DNA of 64,000 nucleotides. Source: Blastocatellia bacterium NZW_1522 (GTDB lineage: Bacteria > Acidobacteriota > Blastocatellia > Chloracidobacteriales > Chloracidobacteriaceae). The notes under the pieces are model-generated. The model ran no database searches, was not told where the DNA came from, and saw only the letters and a program-made list of their open reading frames with translations. This document shows positions 50,901 through 60,190 of this stretch, one piece after another; the first letter of the stretch is position 1; every line of letters begins with the position of its first letter. The translations under genes were made by a program, and so were the position numbers. The stretch covers positions 46,193 to 110,192 of the forward strand of contig JBDRAL010000032.1 of NCBI GenBank assembly GCA_039793685.1, in the 5' to 3' direction.

Positions 50901-51060
50901 TTTTCTTTCGGTGAACGATGTCATCGGCAACGATCCGCAACTGGTCCGGGGGCCGTTCAATTTTCGCGGAAACCGAAACCTCCCGGCGACGGCCCCGCTC
51001 GGGTTCACGAGCGCGGGGGACCCCCGACAGATTCAGTTCGGGGTGAAAATCGGCTTCTGA
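47902..51060 (+). CDS. TonB-dependent receptor with N-terminal carboxypeptidase-regulatory-like domain
   Basis: Signal peptide. TLRGTVTDPNGAVVSGAVVSAKN...GRYELKITAPGF. Plug and 22-strand barrel length. C-terminal ...QIQFGVKIGF. GGAGG 7 nt before the ATG. Confidence 0.88.
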   Translation: MLASFGRRFGAVLVQSVVFFLFSIAVLAQSDVETATLRGTVTDPNGAVVSGAVVSAKNLARGTVREVKTDEQGAFNLPFLPPGRYELKITAPGFADRTVPDVELTVGLIAERKIALGVGEVDSAVVDVLADAPSIEVSRTQQSNTINRRQIENLPNLGRSFTSYIFTLPGVTDSNAPRAQFVGFDGAFTTSGFSIGGSNGRSNLVTIDGGENDVGYGQLRIRNLSPEAVQEFQVNRSSFAAEFGFTSGSAVNVVTRSGTNDFHGNVYGFYRSQKTSARNYFNSTAKKPFDQRISPGFTFGGPIFKNKLFFFTSYEALKADSARFRSYTGNTAAFIPTDAQSSYLARLDGAADPNIRRIGASLRAALTTANYPTTLALLRSAEGTFNAPTRTHNSTTRLDWQISPNDSLTVRFSFDRTEEDQLAGNNDQAPSAATKLNVSDNTVLGTWTHIFGPSLVNQVRVQVAPGFFARTDSRAPGSTAINIVGIATFGRNTATPLNIEADRYQFEDIVTLNRGAHTLKFGVSFRPVKYNLVNEIFFGGLWTFPSGALPVSNAVPTGDRAALAAFNAANGLPANGPAAANLSSIQGFNLGLPTQWQQGFNNAGLNTQVNLFAAFAQDSFRPFQRLTVDAGVRLDYDGQPDPIGGHLYVSPRLGFAWDVTGDQKTVVRGGGGIFISPIFLMIPLRGILQDDSGRNINQLITTTADGARGPAALWAYGLNLGQLPFTSLSQAQVNAFGLSTGPGSQNRRINEISKDYRNGYSVQASLGISRQIARDLVVEANYTMYRGIHLQVSHNVNYRETGEVDPIFGPRLARIDPTISQKNLYSSIGNSIYHGLSLTAAKRFSRNFQIDVNYTWSKSIDDVTDFNALFFAYLPTRLNLERSVSTFDISHNLVASAVVKTPWHAGQGKNVLTRIFSDVTVSPIVTIRSGVPFTGRAGRDVNGDTAANYDRPFAEGRNTGRGASFATVNLRIEKQFYLRRDGRLRIDAIAEASNLFNRTNFLSVNDVIGNDPQLVRGPFNFRGNRNLPATAPLGFTSAGDPRQIQFGVKIGF

Positions 51061-51069
51061 TTGAATGTG

Positions 51070-51095
51070 GGCGTCCGGAATGATCGTCGGACGCC
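51070..51095 (+). terminator. Possible terminator after the TBDR gene
   Basis: GGCGTCCG / CGGACGCC 8-bp stem. The T-rich tract is not immediately adjacent. Confidence 0.35.
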
Positions 51096-51125
51096 TGCTT
51101 TCAACCGTTTTTTGGGAGAAAAACC

Positions 51126-52550
51126 TTGGAAACGCGACTTTCAGTGGTCGAAACGGTCGGACGTGACACCTCGGACGGCCACGGCGTGCCCTTCGCCGAA
51201 GCGTTCCGGTTCTGGTTGAAACTCGGCTTCATTTCCTTTGGCGGTCCAGCGGGTCAGATTGCGATCATGCACCGCGAACTGGTTGAACGGCGGCGGTGGG
51301 TCGGCGAGGCGCGATTTCTGCACGCGCTCAACTACTGCATGCTTTTGCCGGGGCCGGAGGCGCAGCAACTCGCGACCTATCTCGGCTGGTTGCTCCACCG
51401 GACGCCCGGCGGCCTCGTCGCCGGGGGGCTTTTTGTCCTGCCGTCGGTGTTTCTGCTGCTCATCCTCTCTTATTTATACGCGGCGTTCGGGACGCTGCCG
51501 CTGGTGGCGGGTGCGCTCGCCGGGTTCAAGCCGGTGGTGGTGGCAATTGTTATCGAGGCGGTGTTGAAAATCGGCGGACGGGCATTGAAGCGGGCAGTTC
51601 ATTACTGGATTGCAGGGCTGGCGTTTCTGCTGATGGCGGTGGCGGGGGTGCCGTTTCCGCTGGTCGTGTTCGGGGCGGGGCTGCTCGGACTGTTCGGAAG
51701 CCGGTTTTTTCCGAAGTTTTTCGCGCCGGTGGATTCAAAAACAACGGAAAAGAAACCTGAATCTGATAACGCCTCCGGGGGATTGGTGGAAAACCGGGGC
51801 GGGGGAGATTTGAGACGGGCGGGGATTTCGGATGACGCGCCACCGCCGGAACATACTCGTCCGAACTTCGCCCGGTCGGTCCGGGTCGCGGCGGTCGGGT
51901 TCATTCTCTGGATTCTGCCGCTGGTCGGGCTGGTTTTGTGGTTCGGCTGGAACAGTCTGCCGGTCGGGGAATACCGCTTCTTTTCGCTCGCGGCGCTGGT
52001 GACGTTTGGCGGAGCCTATTCCGTCCTTGCCTATGTCACGCAGGCGGCGGTCGCGGGGTACGGCTGGCTCACCCACGCGCAGGCGGTGGACGGCCTCGCC
52101 CTCGCCGAGACGACGCCCGGCCCGCTCATCATGGTTTTACAGTTCATCGGCTTCATGGCGGGCTGGAATCATCCGGTCGCCGGATTGAATCAGGTTTCAA
52201 GCGCACTTTTGTGCGGATTGGTTACAACCTACGTCACGTTTCTGCCTTCGTTTGTCTTCATTTTTCTGGGCGCGCCGTTCATCGAGGCGTTGCGCGGAAA
52301 CCGCTTCCTGACCGGCGCGCTCTCGGGCGTGACGGCGGCGGTGGTCGGCGTGGTCCTGAATCTGGCCCTCGTTTTCGGGAAAGCCGTCTTTTTTCCCGCC
52401 GGATGGACGGTCTTTTTGAACGTTCCCGCCCTTCTGGCGGCCGGGATGGCGTTTCTTGCGCTTTACCGGTGGAAGGTGGATGTTTTGTGGGTGGTTCTGG
52501 CGGGCGGGCTGCTCGGCATTCTGGGGCGGGCCTTCGGATTTGGTTTCTAA
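51126..52550 (+). CDS. chrA: Chromate transporter (CHR family, two-domain)
   Basis: [30 protein letters not shown] and a second half [16 protein letters not shown]...GWLT. TTG start with GGGAG 8 nt upstream. Confidence 0.85.
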   Translation: METRLSVVETVGRDTSDGHGVPFAEAFRFWLKLGFISFGGPAGQIAIMHRELVERRRWVGEARFLHALNYCMLLPGPEAQQLATYLGWLLHRTPGGLVAGGLFVLPSVFLLLILSYLYAAFGTLPLVAGALAGFKPVVVAIVIEAVLKIGGRALKRAVHYWIAGLAFLLMAVAGVPFPLVVFGAGLLGLFGSRFFPKFFAPVDSKTTEKKPESDNASGGLVENRGGGDLRRAGISDDAPPPEHTRPNFARSVRVAAVGFILWILPLVGLVLWFGWNSLPVGEYRFFSLAALVTFGGAYSVLAYVTQAAVAGYGWLTHAQAVDGLALAETTPGPLIMVLQFIGFMAGWNHPVAGLNQVSSALLCGLVTTYVTFLPSFVFIFLGAPFIEALRGNRFLTGALSGVTAAVVGVVLNLALVFGKAVFFPAGWTVFLNVPALLAAGMAFLALYRWKVDVLWVVLAGGLLGILGRAFGFGF

Positions 52551-52638
52551 TCCCCGCCGGGGCTGGAAATTTGTTTGAATTGCCGTTAGCGAGTTCCCAT
52601 AATGCGCCACTTTCTCATCCCAAGCGGTTCAAGAGGAA

Positions 52639-53214
52639 TTGGCGATGGCGAAAACCTGTCCGACGTGCGGAACGATGAACCCCGGCGAGGCGAATGTCTG
52701 CTTCAACTGCGGCACGGCGCTCGCCCCGCTTTCCCCGTGGACGGAATCCCCGACGGTACCGCAAAAGCCGTTTCAACAGCCTTCCTATCCCGCGCCGCCG
52801 TCACCATACCCGGCGAGTTACCCGAATCCGCCCCAGCCCTACCCGCAAGCCTACCCCCCGTCGGTCGCGCCGCAGCCTGCGCCCTACCAGCAGCCCTACC
52901 CGCCGCCCTACCCGCCGCCGGTCGCACCTCCGTCGTATTCCTATAATCAGTACCAGCAACAGGCACTGGTGGCGCCGCAACCCTACCCGATTTATCAGGT
53001 CGAGCCGAAAAGCCGGGTGGTGTTCATCCTGCTGGCGATTTTTCTCGGTGCGTTCGGCGTCCACAATTTTTACGCGGGCTACGTCGGGCGGGGGATTGCC
53101 CAGCTTCTGCTCACGTTTTTCACTTGCGGATACGGGGCGATTCTCGTCTTCATCTGGTCGATTATTGAAATCATCGCGGTGGACCGCGACACCAACGGCG
53201 TTCCGATGACCTGA
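52639..53214 (+). CDS. Zinc-ribbon / Pro-rich / TM2-domain membrane protein
   Basis: CPTCGTMNPGEANVCFNCG. PYPxxYP repeats. TM2-like FLGAFGVHNFYAGYVGRGIAQLLLTFFTCGYGAILVFIWS. Confidence 0.75.
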   Translation: MAMAKTCPTCGTMNPGEANVCFNCGTALAPLSPWTESPTVPQKPFQQPSYPAPPSPYPASYPNPPQPYPQAYPPSVAPQPAPYQQPYPPPYPPPVAPPSYSYNQYQQQALVAPQPYPIYQVEPKSRVVFILLAIFLGAFGVHNFYAGYVGRGIAQLLLTFFTCGYGAILVFIWSIIEIIAVDRDTNGVPMT

Positions 53215-53360
53215 TGGCCGTTCGCGGAAGCACTTCGGCTGGCCGGATGGTCGCGGCCCGAGTTTGCGTGCTACCTTGCCGGTAGTGTCCGAGTCGCCGA
53301 TTCCTCTTTCGGCCCCCTCTCGGCGAAAGTTCAACAAAACGAACGGAGGAATTCCCGAAT

Positions 53361-53813
53361 ATGATGTACGGATTCGATATGGAACGCGCGCTTCAGATCA
53401 TGCGCGAGGAACTGACCGCCAACGGCGTCAAGGAACTCAAAACCCCGGCCGAAGTTGATGCCGTGCTGGCCCCCGGCGAGGGGACGGCGCTTGTCGTCGT
53501 CAATTCGGTGTGCGGTTGCGCCGCCGGCGCGGCCCGTCCGGGCGTCGTGCAGGCCATCAAGTCCGCCGGCGTGCTGCCCGACCATGTCACGACCGTGTTC
53601 GCCGGTCAGGACAAGGACGCCACCACCCGCGCCCGCGAGTATTTCAAGGGCTTCGCGCCTTCCTCGCCGTCGGTCTGGCTGCTCAAGGACGGCGAAGTCG
53701 CTTTCAAGCTGGAACGGCATCAGATTGAACACCGCAGCGCCGCCGACATCGCCGCCGACATCAAGAACGCCATTGAAAAGTTCTGCGCGTCGGCCAACGC
53801 GGCCTCCAACTGA
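53361..53813 (+). CDS. Bacilliredoxin (BrxA/BrxB, YphP/YqiW, DUF1094 family)
   Basis: MREELTANGVKELKTPAEVDAVL...GTALVVVNSVCGCAAGAARP carries the family CGC redox motif. GGAGGAA lies upstream. Confidence 0.8.
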   Translation: MMYGFDMERALQIMREELTANGVKELKTPAEVDAVLAPGEGTALVVVNSVCGCAAGAARPGVVQAIKSAGVLPDHVTTVFAGQDKDATTRAREYFKGFAPSSPSVWLLKDGEVAFKLERHQIEHRSAADIAADIKNAIEKFCASANAASN

Positions 53814-53841
53814 ATCCAGAACGCCAGTTTCGCGAAAAAAC

Positions 53842-53873
53842 GGGGGGCGGCCCAGTGACGGGACGCCCCCCTT
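53842..53873 (+). terminator. Possible terminator after the bacilliredoxin gene
   Basis: GGGGGGCG / CGCCCCCC 8-bp stem with a 14-nt loop, followed by TTCGTCT. Confidence 0.4.
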
Positions 53874-53878
53874 CGTCT

Positions 53879-54067
53879 GGTGTCGGGAGTCCAAAGTCTG
53901 GAGTCGAGAGTCTGGAGTCTGGAGTCAGGGAAACGGATTGACGGAATAAATTCAGGTTGTCCGGGCCTTTCCGGTTCGAAGGTCGGATATTGTTCCTTCG
54001 GACCTCGGACTCAAGACGCTTGACTCCAGACTCCAGACTCAAGACTTTTTAATTTCGAGGTCCCGAC
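53879..54067. repeat. Imperfect palindrome with heptamer-repeat arms (GAGTCTG)
   Basis: Left 53887-53928: GAGTCCA AAGTCTG GAGTCGA GAGTCTG GAGTCTG GAGTCAG. Right 54008-54047: GACTCAA GACGCTT GACTCCA GACTCCA GACTCAA GACTT. Termini are GGTGTCGGGA ... TCCCGAC. Confidence 0.8.
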
Positions 54068-54112
54068 TGCTAGAATGCCGCCCTTCAACCATCCTGAGTT
54101 CCGTTCGGTCGT

Positions 54113-55411
54113 ATGAATCTCAACAATCAAAGCGAATCGTCCGTCCAGAAGGCTTCGACCTACGCGTGGTATGTACTTCTCATTCTGACGCTGACCCAGG
54201 TGGTCAACTACATCGACCGCCAGGTGCTTCCCCCGCTGCTCCCGCTCATCAAGGCGGATCTTCATCTTTCGGATACGTCGGTTGGTCTTCTTGGAACCGG
54301 CTTCATGATCGTGCACTCGGTCATGGCGATTCCGCTGGGAATTCTGGCTGACCGCTATGCCCGCCGAAAGGTCATCGCCTTCGGCCTGGGTTTCTGGAGC
54401 GTCGCCACGGTCTTTTCGGGGCTTTCCGGGACCTTCAATCACCTGATGATCGCCCGCGCGGCGGTCGGCGTCGGGGAAGCGGCCTACGCTCCGGCGGCCA
54501 CCTCGCTTTTAAGCGATTCCTTTCCGCGCAAGGACTGGGCCAAGGTCATCGGGATTTTCAACCTTGGGCTGGTCATCGGCGGCGGTCTCGGGCTGGCGCT
54601 CGGCGGCGTCCTCGGCGTCAACATCGGGTGGCGCGCCTGCTTTTTCGTGGTCGGTCTGCCCGGACTCCTTCTGACGATGGCCGCCTGGGCTTTCCGGGAG
54701 CCGAATCGCGGAGGCCAGAAAGAAAAGGAACGCCACGACTTTACGAGCGTTTTGTTTCTACCATCGCTCTGGATTGTCATTCTCGGAGCGGCGAGCGTGA
54801 CGTTCGCCGCCGGCGCGCTGATTCACTGGCTGCCGACTTTCGTGACCCGTTGTTACGGCGTGGATACGAAACACGCGGCCCTGAAACTCGCGCCCATCGC
54901 GCTGGCGGGGCTGTTCGGCGTCCTTTCCGGCGGATATGTGGCTGACTGGCTCTACAAGCGGCATCCGGCGGGACGCGCCATGTCGATGGCGATTGCCTTT
55001 CTGCTGGCTGCCCCGTTCCTGTTCTGGGGACTCTATGCCCCGACGCTGAACCAGTTCCTGTTCGCCGGGTTCTGTGCGACGTTCTTTTTAAGCTGGTATC
55101 ACGGACCGGTTGCCGCCATCGTCAGTGAACTCGTTCCGGCCTCGCTGCGCGGGACGGCGATCGCGTTCTACATGTTCTGTATCCACATCCTCGGCGACAC
55201 GCCGTCACCCTTCGCGGTCGGGTATCTTTCCGATTACATGGCCGCCGGGACGACCGATCCGGCCAAGCTGGCGGATGCCCTGCGTTCGGCGATGATGTTG
55301 TGCGTGGTGACGACGGCGCTGGCCGGAATCATTTTCGTGGGCGTGATACCGTTTCTGCGGCGGACTCCGAAGGAACCGACCAATCTGGTTCCCCAGACCG
55401 TCACGAATTGA
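54113..55411 (+). CDS. MFS transporter
   Basis: 12 predicted TM segments. ILADRYARRKV (motif A-like). Two six-helix halves. Confidence 0.85.
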   Translation: MNLNNQSESSVQKASTYAWYVLLILTLTQVVNYIDRQVLPPLLPLIKADLHLSDTSVGLLGTGFMIVHSVMAIPLGILADRYARRKVIAFGLGFWSVATVFSGLSGTFNHLMIARAAVGVGEAAYAPAATSLLSDSFPRKDWAKVIGIFNLGLVIGGGLGLALGGVLGVNIGWRACFFVVGLPGLLLTMAAWAFREPNRGGQKEKERHDFTSVLFLPSLWIVILGAASVTFAAGALIHWLPTFVTRCYGVDTKHAALKLAPIALAGLFGVLSGGYVADWLYKRHPAGRAMSMAIAFLLAAPFLFWGLYAPTLNQFLFAGFCATFFLSWYHGPVAAIVSELVPASLRGTAIAFYMFCIHILGDTPSPFAVGYLSDYMAAGTTDPAKLADALRSAMMLCVVTTALAGIIFVGVIPFLRRTPKEPTNLVPQTVTN

Positions 55412-55468
55412 CGAATGATTGTCAAACGCCCGAGAAATCTGGCATAAACCGTTCGATACGGTTCATTT

Positions 55469-57148
55469 ATGAGGTTTTACGCTATGAATACCTTCCGTTT
55501 GATCAAGCAGGGCTGCGCGCTGGCGCTGGCCGGCCTGATGCTTGCCTCGACCGGCACGAGTGCCTTCGCGTCCACCCAGGACGAAGAAAAGAAGGAAAAG
55601 AAGAAACAGCGGAAAAAGGTTGAAATCGACAAGATTTACCAGAACTGGCTGAATCAGGACGTCGATTACATCATTACGTCCGAAGAACGGGCCGCTTTCC
55701 GCAAACTTCAGACCGACGAAGAACGGGAAGAATTCATTGAGCAGTTCTGGCTCCGCCGCGACCCCGATCCGGACACCCCGGAGAACGAATATCGCGAGGA
55801 GTACTACCGGCGCATTGCCTACGCCAACGAAAAGTTCACCTCGGGCAAGCCCGGCTGGAAGACCGACCGCGGCCGCATCTACATCACCTGGGGACCGCCC
55901 GACAGCATCGAAGCCCACCCGGCTGGCGGACCGTACGAACGTCCCTACTATGAAGGCGGCGGTTCGACCTCAACCTATCCTTTTGAAATCTGGTTCTATC
56001 GCTATCTTGACGGCGTCGGCTCGGGGATCGAAATCGAATTCGTGGACCCGTCGGGAAGCGGCGAGTATCGCATCGCCCAAAGCCCTGATGAAAAGGACGC
56101 GCTGCTGTTCGTACCCGGCGCGGGCGCGACGCTTTCCGAGCAGCTCGGGCTGTCGAGCAAGGTGGACCGTCCGTTCTTCTCCCCCGGCAACCGCAACAAC
56201 AACCGGTTCTACACCGAGCGCGCCCAGGATTCGCAGTTCGAGCGCATCATCCGCAACGCCGCCCTTCAGCGCGCGCCTTCCGTGAACTTCCGCGGTCTCG
56301 CCGAAAAGGTTGACCAGCAGATTGAATTCGACGTGCTGCCGTTCGACGTCCGCACCGATTTCATGCGCGCGGGCGACTCGTCCATCGTTTCGACCTTCAC
56401 GCTGATGTTCAACAACGCGGACCTCAGCTTCAAGGACGAAGGCGGCATCCAGAAGGCCCAGTTGAACATTTACGCACGCATCACCGCCCTGACCGGCAAA
56501 CGCGCGGGGATGTTCGAGGAAGCGCCGATCATCACCTATCAGGCGTCGCAGTTCGAAATCGGCCGCAAGCAGAACTCGGTCTATCAGAAGCAGATCATTC
56601 TGCCCGCCGGGAACTACAAGATCGACTTCGTGGTTCGCGACACCGTCAGCGGTCACACCGGGATCGTGAAGCAGGGATTTGAAGTTCCGCGCTTCGTTTC
56701 GGATTCGATGTCCACCAGCTCGCTCATCATCGCCGACATCATCGAGCCGATTACCAAGGTTTCGGGCGGGGCGTTCATCATCGGTTCGAACAAGGTTCGT
56801 CCGAGCGTGACCCAGCGGTTCAGCCAGAACCAGAACCTCGGCATTTACATGCAGGTCTACAACGTCCAGATCGACCAGACAACGCTTCGTCCGGCGATTG
56901 ACGTCGAATACGTCATTACGAAATCCGGCAAGGAAGTGGCCCGAATCAAGGAGGATGGCAAGAACGGCGTTTCCGACCTGAGCGGCTACGGTCAGCAGAT
57001 TGTCCTCGGCCGTCAGTTTCCCCTGAAGGATATGGAACCCGGTCCGTATGAAATCACCGTCAACATCACTGACCGCGTGGCCCGCAAAACCGTTTCTCCC
57101 AAGACCTTCTTCACGGTCGAGCCGGCAAAAACCGCCGCCGCTCAATAG
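55469..57148 (+). CDS. GWxTD domain-containing secreted protein
   Basis: Signal peptide. FIEQFWLRRDP. GKPGWKTDRGRIYITWGPPDSIE. Confidence 0.8.
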   Translation: MRFYAMNTFRLIKQGCALALAGLMLASTGTSAFASTQDEEKKEKKKQRKKVEIDKIYQNWLNQDVDYIITSEERAAFRKLQTDEEREEFIEQFWLRRDPDPDTPENEYREEYYRRIAYANEKFTSGKPGWKTDRGRIYITWGPPDSIEAHPAGGPYERPYYEGGGSTSTYPFEIWFYRYLDGVGSGIEIEFVDPSGSGEYRIAQSPDEKDALLFVPGAGATLSEQLGLSSKVDRPFFSPGNRNNNRFYTERAQDSQFERIIRNAALQRAPSVNFRGLAEKVDQQIEFDVLPFDVRTDFMRAGDSSIVSTFTLMFNNADLSFKDEGGIQKAQLNIYARITALTGKRAGMFEEAPIITYQASQFEIGRKQNSVYQKQIILPAGNYKIDFVVRDTVSGHTGIVKQGFEVPRFVSDSMSTSSLIIADIIEPITKVSGGAFIIGSNKVRPSVTQRFSQNQNLGIYMQVYNVQIDQTTLRPAIDVEYVITKSGKEVARIKEDGKNGVSDLSGYGQQIVLGRQFPLKDMEPGPYEITVNITDRVARKTVSPKTFFTVEPAKTAAAQ

Positions 57149-57178
57149 TTCGAGGGGAATTTCCCCCCAATTTCTCAA

Positions 57179-57208
57179 AAGACGCGGTACCCTCCGCGTC
57201 TTTTTTTA
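57179..57208 (+). terminator. Rho-independent terminator after the GWxTD gene
   Basis: AAGACGCGG / CCGCGTCTT stem with a 6-nt loop, followed by TTTTTTATT. Confidence 0.7.
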
Positions 57209-57218
57209 TTGAAGGACC

Positions 57219-58316
57219 ATGAAAACCAGATCACTCATTTTCAGTATCGTTTTCGTTCTCGCCACCGTCGGGGCATCCGCCCAGAAATCAGGTCGCCCAT
57301 CGGGAACGGCCGGAGTGACCGGGGCCGGGTTCAAATATTTGGGAGTACCCCAGAAAACCACGGTTTCCGGTTACTTCGAAGCCCATGCGGTGACCGTTGA
57401 ACCCGGTTTCCGGATCATCAAGGGACGGACCGGGAACGCCGAAACATTCGGTGACGGGGATTTCCTTTTCGAGCGCAACGGCAAGGTGGAGGGAAAATGG
57501 TCCGGCGCGGCGTCGATTTACGCCAACACCGAAGGCTTCGAAGTCTTAAAGGGCGATCTTGACGGCAACGGAACGCCGGAACTGATCGTCACCGAACTCG
57601 AATCGGTCAGCAACGGGATGGGCGTCCGGATGAACGGCATCTTCATCTTTCCCGATGAGGCGCGGGGCGAGTTTCGCCAGCCGCTGTACTTTTCGGTTTA
57701 TGAATACGGGCGCAACGGGACGTTTGTCCGGGACGGCAGCGAAAATCTGATTCTGTCCTGCGAATGGCGGGATTTGACCATCGACGCCAAACGGGGGTCG
57801 GGGTTGTACCTGATCGGCCGGTTTTTCCGCTATCGCAATGGTGGACTGGTCCCGGCGCTCGACAAGCCGATTCTGGCCCGACGGTTTTTGAACAGTTTCG
57901 CCGACGAGCGGGCCAAAACCGAGGAATCACCGGCAATTCCGTTGCTCTGGTTTTCGGGAGGGAAGGCCCAAACCTTCACCGGCGAGCCGGGAGCCTTCGG
58001 AAAGGTGGTTTCCGAGCGTCCGGGAACGGTTCAAAAGGTCGAGGTCGTGCCGGTCAAGACCGAAACCGAGGCGACCAGTACCGACACGATGGTGACGATC
58101 CGTTTCGATGACGGAAAGGAAGAAACCCTCCGGATGGAATCAATTTTCAACGAAAACCAGATTCAGATGGTCGGTTTCGGCGGGAAATTTCTCGTTCCGG
58201 ACGGAATTTCGGTGAAAACGGTTCTCGGGCAAAAGGGCGCGCGGCGCATCCGGCTGGTGAAATACGATGGAGGCTTTCCGGAAATCGTCCTGTGGGTTGA
58301 ACCCGAAAAGCCGTAA
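57219..58316 (+). CDS. Secreted hypothetical protein
   Basis: Signal peptide MKTRSLIFSIVFVLATVGASA. One FG-GAP-like GDLDGNGTPELIV motif. Native GC. Confidence 0.6.
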   Translation: MKTRSLIFSIVFVLATVGASAQKSGRPSGTAGVTGAGFKYLGVPQKTTVSGYFEAHAVTVEPGFRIIKGRTGNAETFGDGDFLFERNGKVEGKWSGAASIYANTEGFEVLKGDLDGNGTPELIVTELESVSNGMGVRMNGIFIFPDEARGEFRQPLYFSVYEYGRNGTFVRDGSENLILSCEWRDLTIDAKRGSGLYLIGRFFRYRNGGLVPALDKPILARRFLNSFADERAKTEESPAIPLLWFSGGKAQTFTGEPGAFGKVVSERPGTVQKVEVVPVKTETEATSTDTMVTIRFDDGKEETLRMESIFNENQIQMVGFGGKFLVPDGISVKTVLGQKGARRIRLVKYDGGFPEIVLWVEPEKP

Positions 58317-58344
58317 GTCACTTTTTTAATGATGTTTGTGAGGG

Positions 58345-58375
58345 AAGCGCGGTTTCAGGCCGCGCTTTTCTTTTT
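58345..58375 (+). terminator. Terminator hairpin shared by convergent genes
   Basis: AAGCGCGG / CCGCGCTT stem followed by TTTTCTTTTT. Overlaps the last codons of the DUF808 gene. Confidence 0.5.
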
Positions 58376-59263
58376 GAACATTTTTCCAAGCACCGTCACG
58401 GCGATCAGGACGACAATTCCGGCCAGCACGCCGAAAACGCCGTCCAGCAGCATCGGCGTGACCTTCGCCAGCACTCCGCCGACGCCCGGAAGGCCGTGAA
58501 CCGCGTGTTCGGCGGCTTCGAACAGGTGATGCACTGGCGGCAGGTTGTGGGTCAGGATGCCGCCGCCGACCAGAAACATCGCCGCCGTCCCGGCCACGGA
58601 CAAAAACCGCATGAGCAGCGGCGCGGCGGCCAGAATCCCTTTTCCGAGGGTTTGCCGGAATCCCTCGCCCGTCCGGGTGAGGTAAAGGCCGAAATCGTCG
58701 AGTTTGACGATTCCCGCGACCAGGCCGTAGACCCCGATGGTCATAATCACGCCGATGGCACAAAGCACCGCCACCCGGGTCATGAAGGGGGCCTCTCCAA
58801 CCGTCCCGAGCGAGATGACGATGATTTCGGCGGAGAGAATGAAATCCGTCCGGACCGCGCCCTTGATCTTGTCCTTTTCGGACAGCGGTTCGGCGGGGGC
58901 GGCGTGTTCGTCGGCGTGATCGTCCGAATGGAGAAATTTGTGGGCGAGTTTCTCGACGCCTTCAAAACACAGAAACGCGCCGCCGATCATCAGCAACGGT
59001 TTGATGAGAAACGGCGCGACGGCGCTGATGGCGAGCGCGGACGGAACGAGAATCGCCTTGTTGACGAGCGATCCCTTGGCCACGCCCCAGACCACGGGCA
59101 GTTCGCGGTCGGCGTTGACGCCCGTGACCTGCTGCGCGTTGAGGGCGAGGTCGTCGCCGAGAACCCCGGCGGTTTTCTGGGTGGCGACTTTCGTCATGGT
59201 CGCCACGTCGTCAAGGACGGACGTGATGTCGTCGAGAAGTAAGAGAAGGCTGCCGCCGGGCAT
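58355..59263 (-). CDS. DUF808 (YedI) family inner-membrane protein
   Basis: MPGGSLLLLLDDITSVLDDVATMTKVATQKTAGVLGDDLALNAQQVTGV is collinear with E. coli YedI as recalled. ATG 59263 chosen. Confidence 0.8.
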   Translation of the reverse strand: MPGGSLLLLLDDITSVLDDVATMTKVATQKTAGVLGDDLALNAQQVTGVNADRELPVVWGVAKGSLVNKAILVPSALAISAVAPFLIKPLLMIGGAFLCFEGVEKLAHKFLHSDDHADEHAAPAEPLSEKDKIKGAVRTDFILSAEIIVISLGTVGEAPFMTRVAVLCAIGVIMTIGVYGLVAGIVKLDDFGLYLTRTGEGFRQTLGKGILAAAPLLMRFLSVAGTAAMFLVGGGILTHNLPPVHHLFEAAEHAVHGLPGVGGVLAKVTPMLLDGVFGVLAGIVVLIAVTVLGKMFKKKSAA

Positions 59264-59386
59264 TAAAGGGACTCCGTTCGATTGGCTTGGGTGATTTCGG
59301 TCAAGCGTATGAATAAAGACACAGGCGGGCAAAATGAAACGTCACGAAACGCACCCAATACGGGGTTGAAGGAAAAGAAAAGGCGG

Positions 59387-60190
59387 TCAGCGGCGGGCGA
59401 AGCGTCCGATGAGCGACGGAATCGAGGATGGCAGCGCCCGGACGGCAAGGTCGAGGACCACCGCCATCGTCCCCACGCGGACCCGGTAGCGGTTGCTTTT
59501 CACCGCCCGAACGACTTTTTCGGCCACGATTTCCGGCAGAATCCCGTTTTTTGAAAGAAATTTGGCTTCCTCGGCCTGCTGCTCGGGTGATTCGGCCATT
59601 CCCGATGAGACGATGTTGGTGGCGACCGGTCCCGGCAAAACGAGGGTCACGCCGAGGGTCGTCCCGGCCAACTCGGCGCGCAGGGCGTTTGAAAATCCCT
59701 GAAGGGCCGCTTTCGACGCGGCATAGGCGGTTTTTTCCGGCAAACCCGTGATTCCCAGAATGCTCCCGACGTTGACGATGTGCGCTTCCGGCGCTCTTTG
59801 AAGATGGGGAAGAAAGAATTTGCACCCGTGGACCGCGCCCCAGAAATTCACGTCGAAGACCCGCCGCGCTTCCTCGACGGTCATCGTCCCGAACTTTTTA
59901 TGAAGCGAAATTCCGGCGTTGTTGACCAGCAGGGAAATGTCGCCGAGTTTTTCCGCGATTTCTTCGGGCAGCGCGGTCATCCGGTCTGGGTCGGAAACAT
60001 CCGCGACGAACGGCGCAACCCATCCAGCGCGGCCCAGGGTAATGGTTTCGGCGGCTTTTTTTACGCCCGCCTCGTTGCGGTCCACCATCGCGACCCGGCA
60101 GCCGGACTGCGCCAGCCGGAACGCCAGCGCGCGTCCGATGCCGCTCGCCGCGCCGGTCACGACCGCCGTCTTTCCGCGTAAATCCTTCAT
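59387..60190 (-). CDS. SDR-family oxidoreductase
   Basis: VVTGAASGIGRALA, NNAG, YAASKAA. Confidence 0.85.
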   Translation of the reverse strand: MKDLRGKTAVVTGAASGIGRALAFRLAQSGCRVAMVDRNEAGVKKAAETITLGRAGWVAPFVADVSDPDRMTALPEEIAEKLGDISLLVNNAGISLHKKFGTMTVEEARRVFDVNFWGAVHGCKFFLPHLQRAPEAHIVNVGSILGITGLPEKTAYAASKAALQGFSNALRAELAGTTLGVTLVLPGPVATNIVSSGMAESPEQQAEEAKFLSKNGILPEIVAEKVVRAVKSNRYRVRVGTMAVVLDLAVRALPSSIPSLIGRFARR

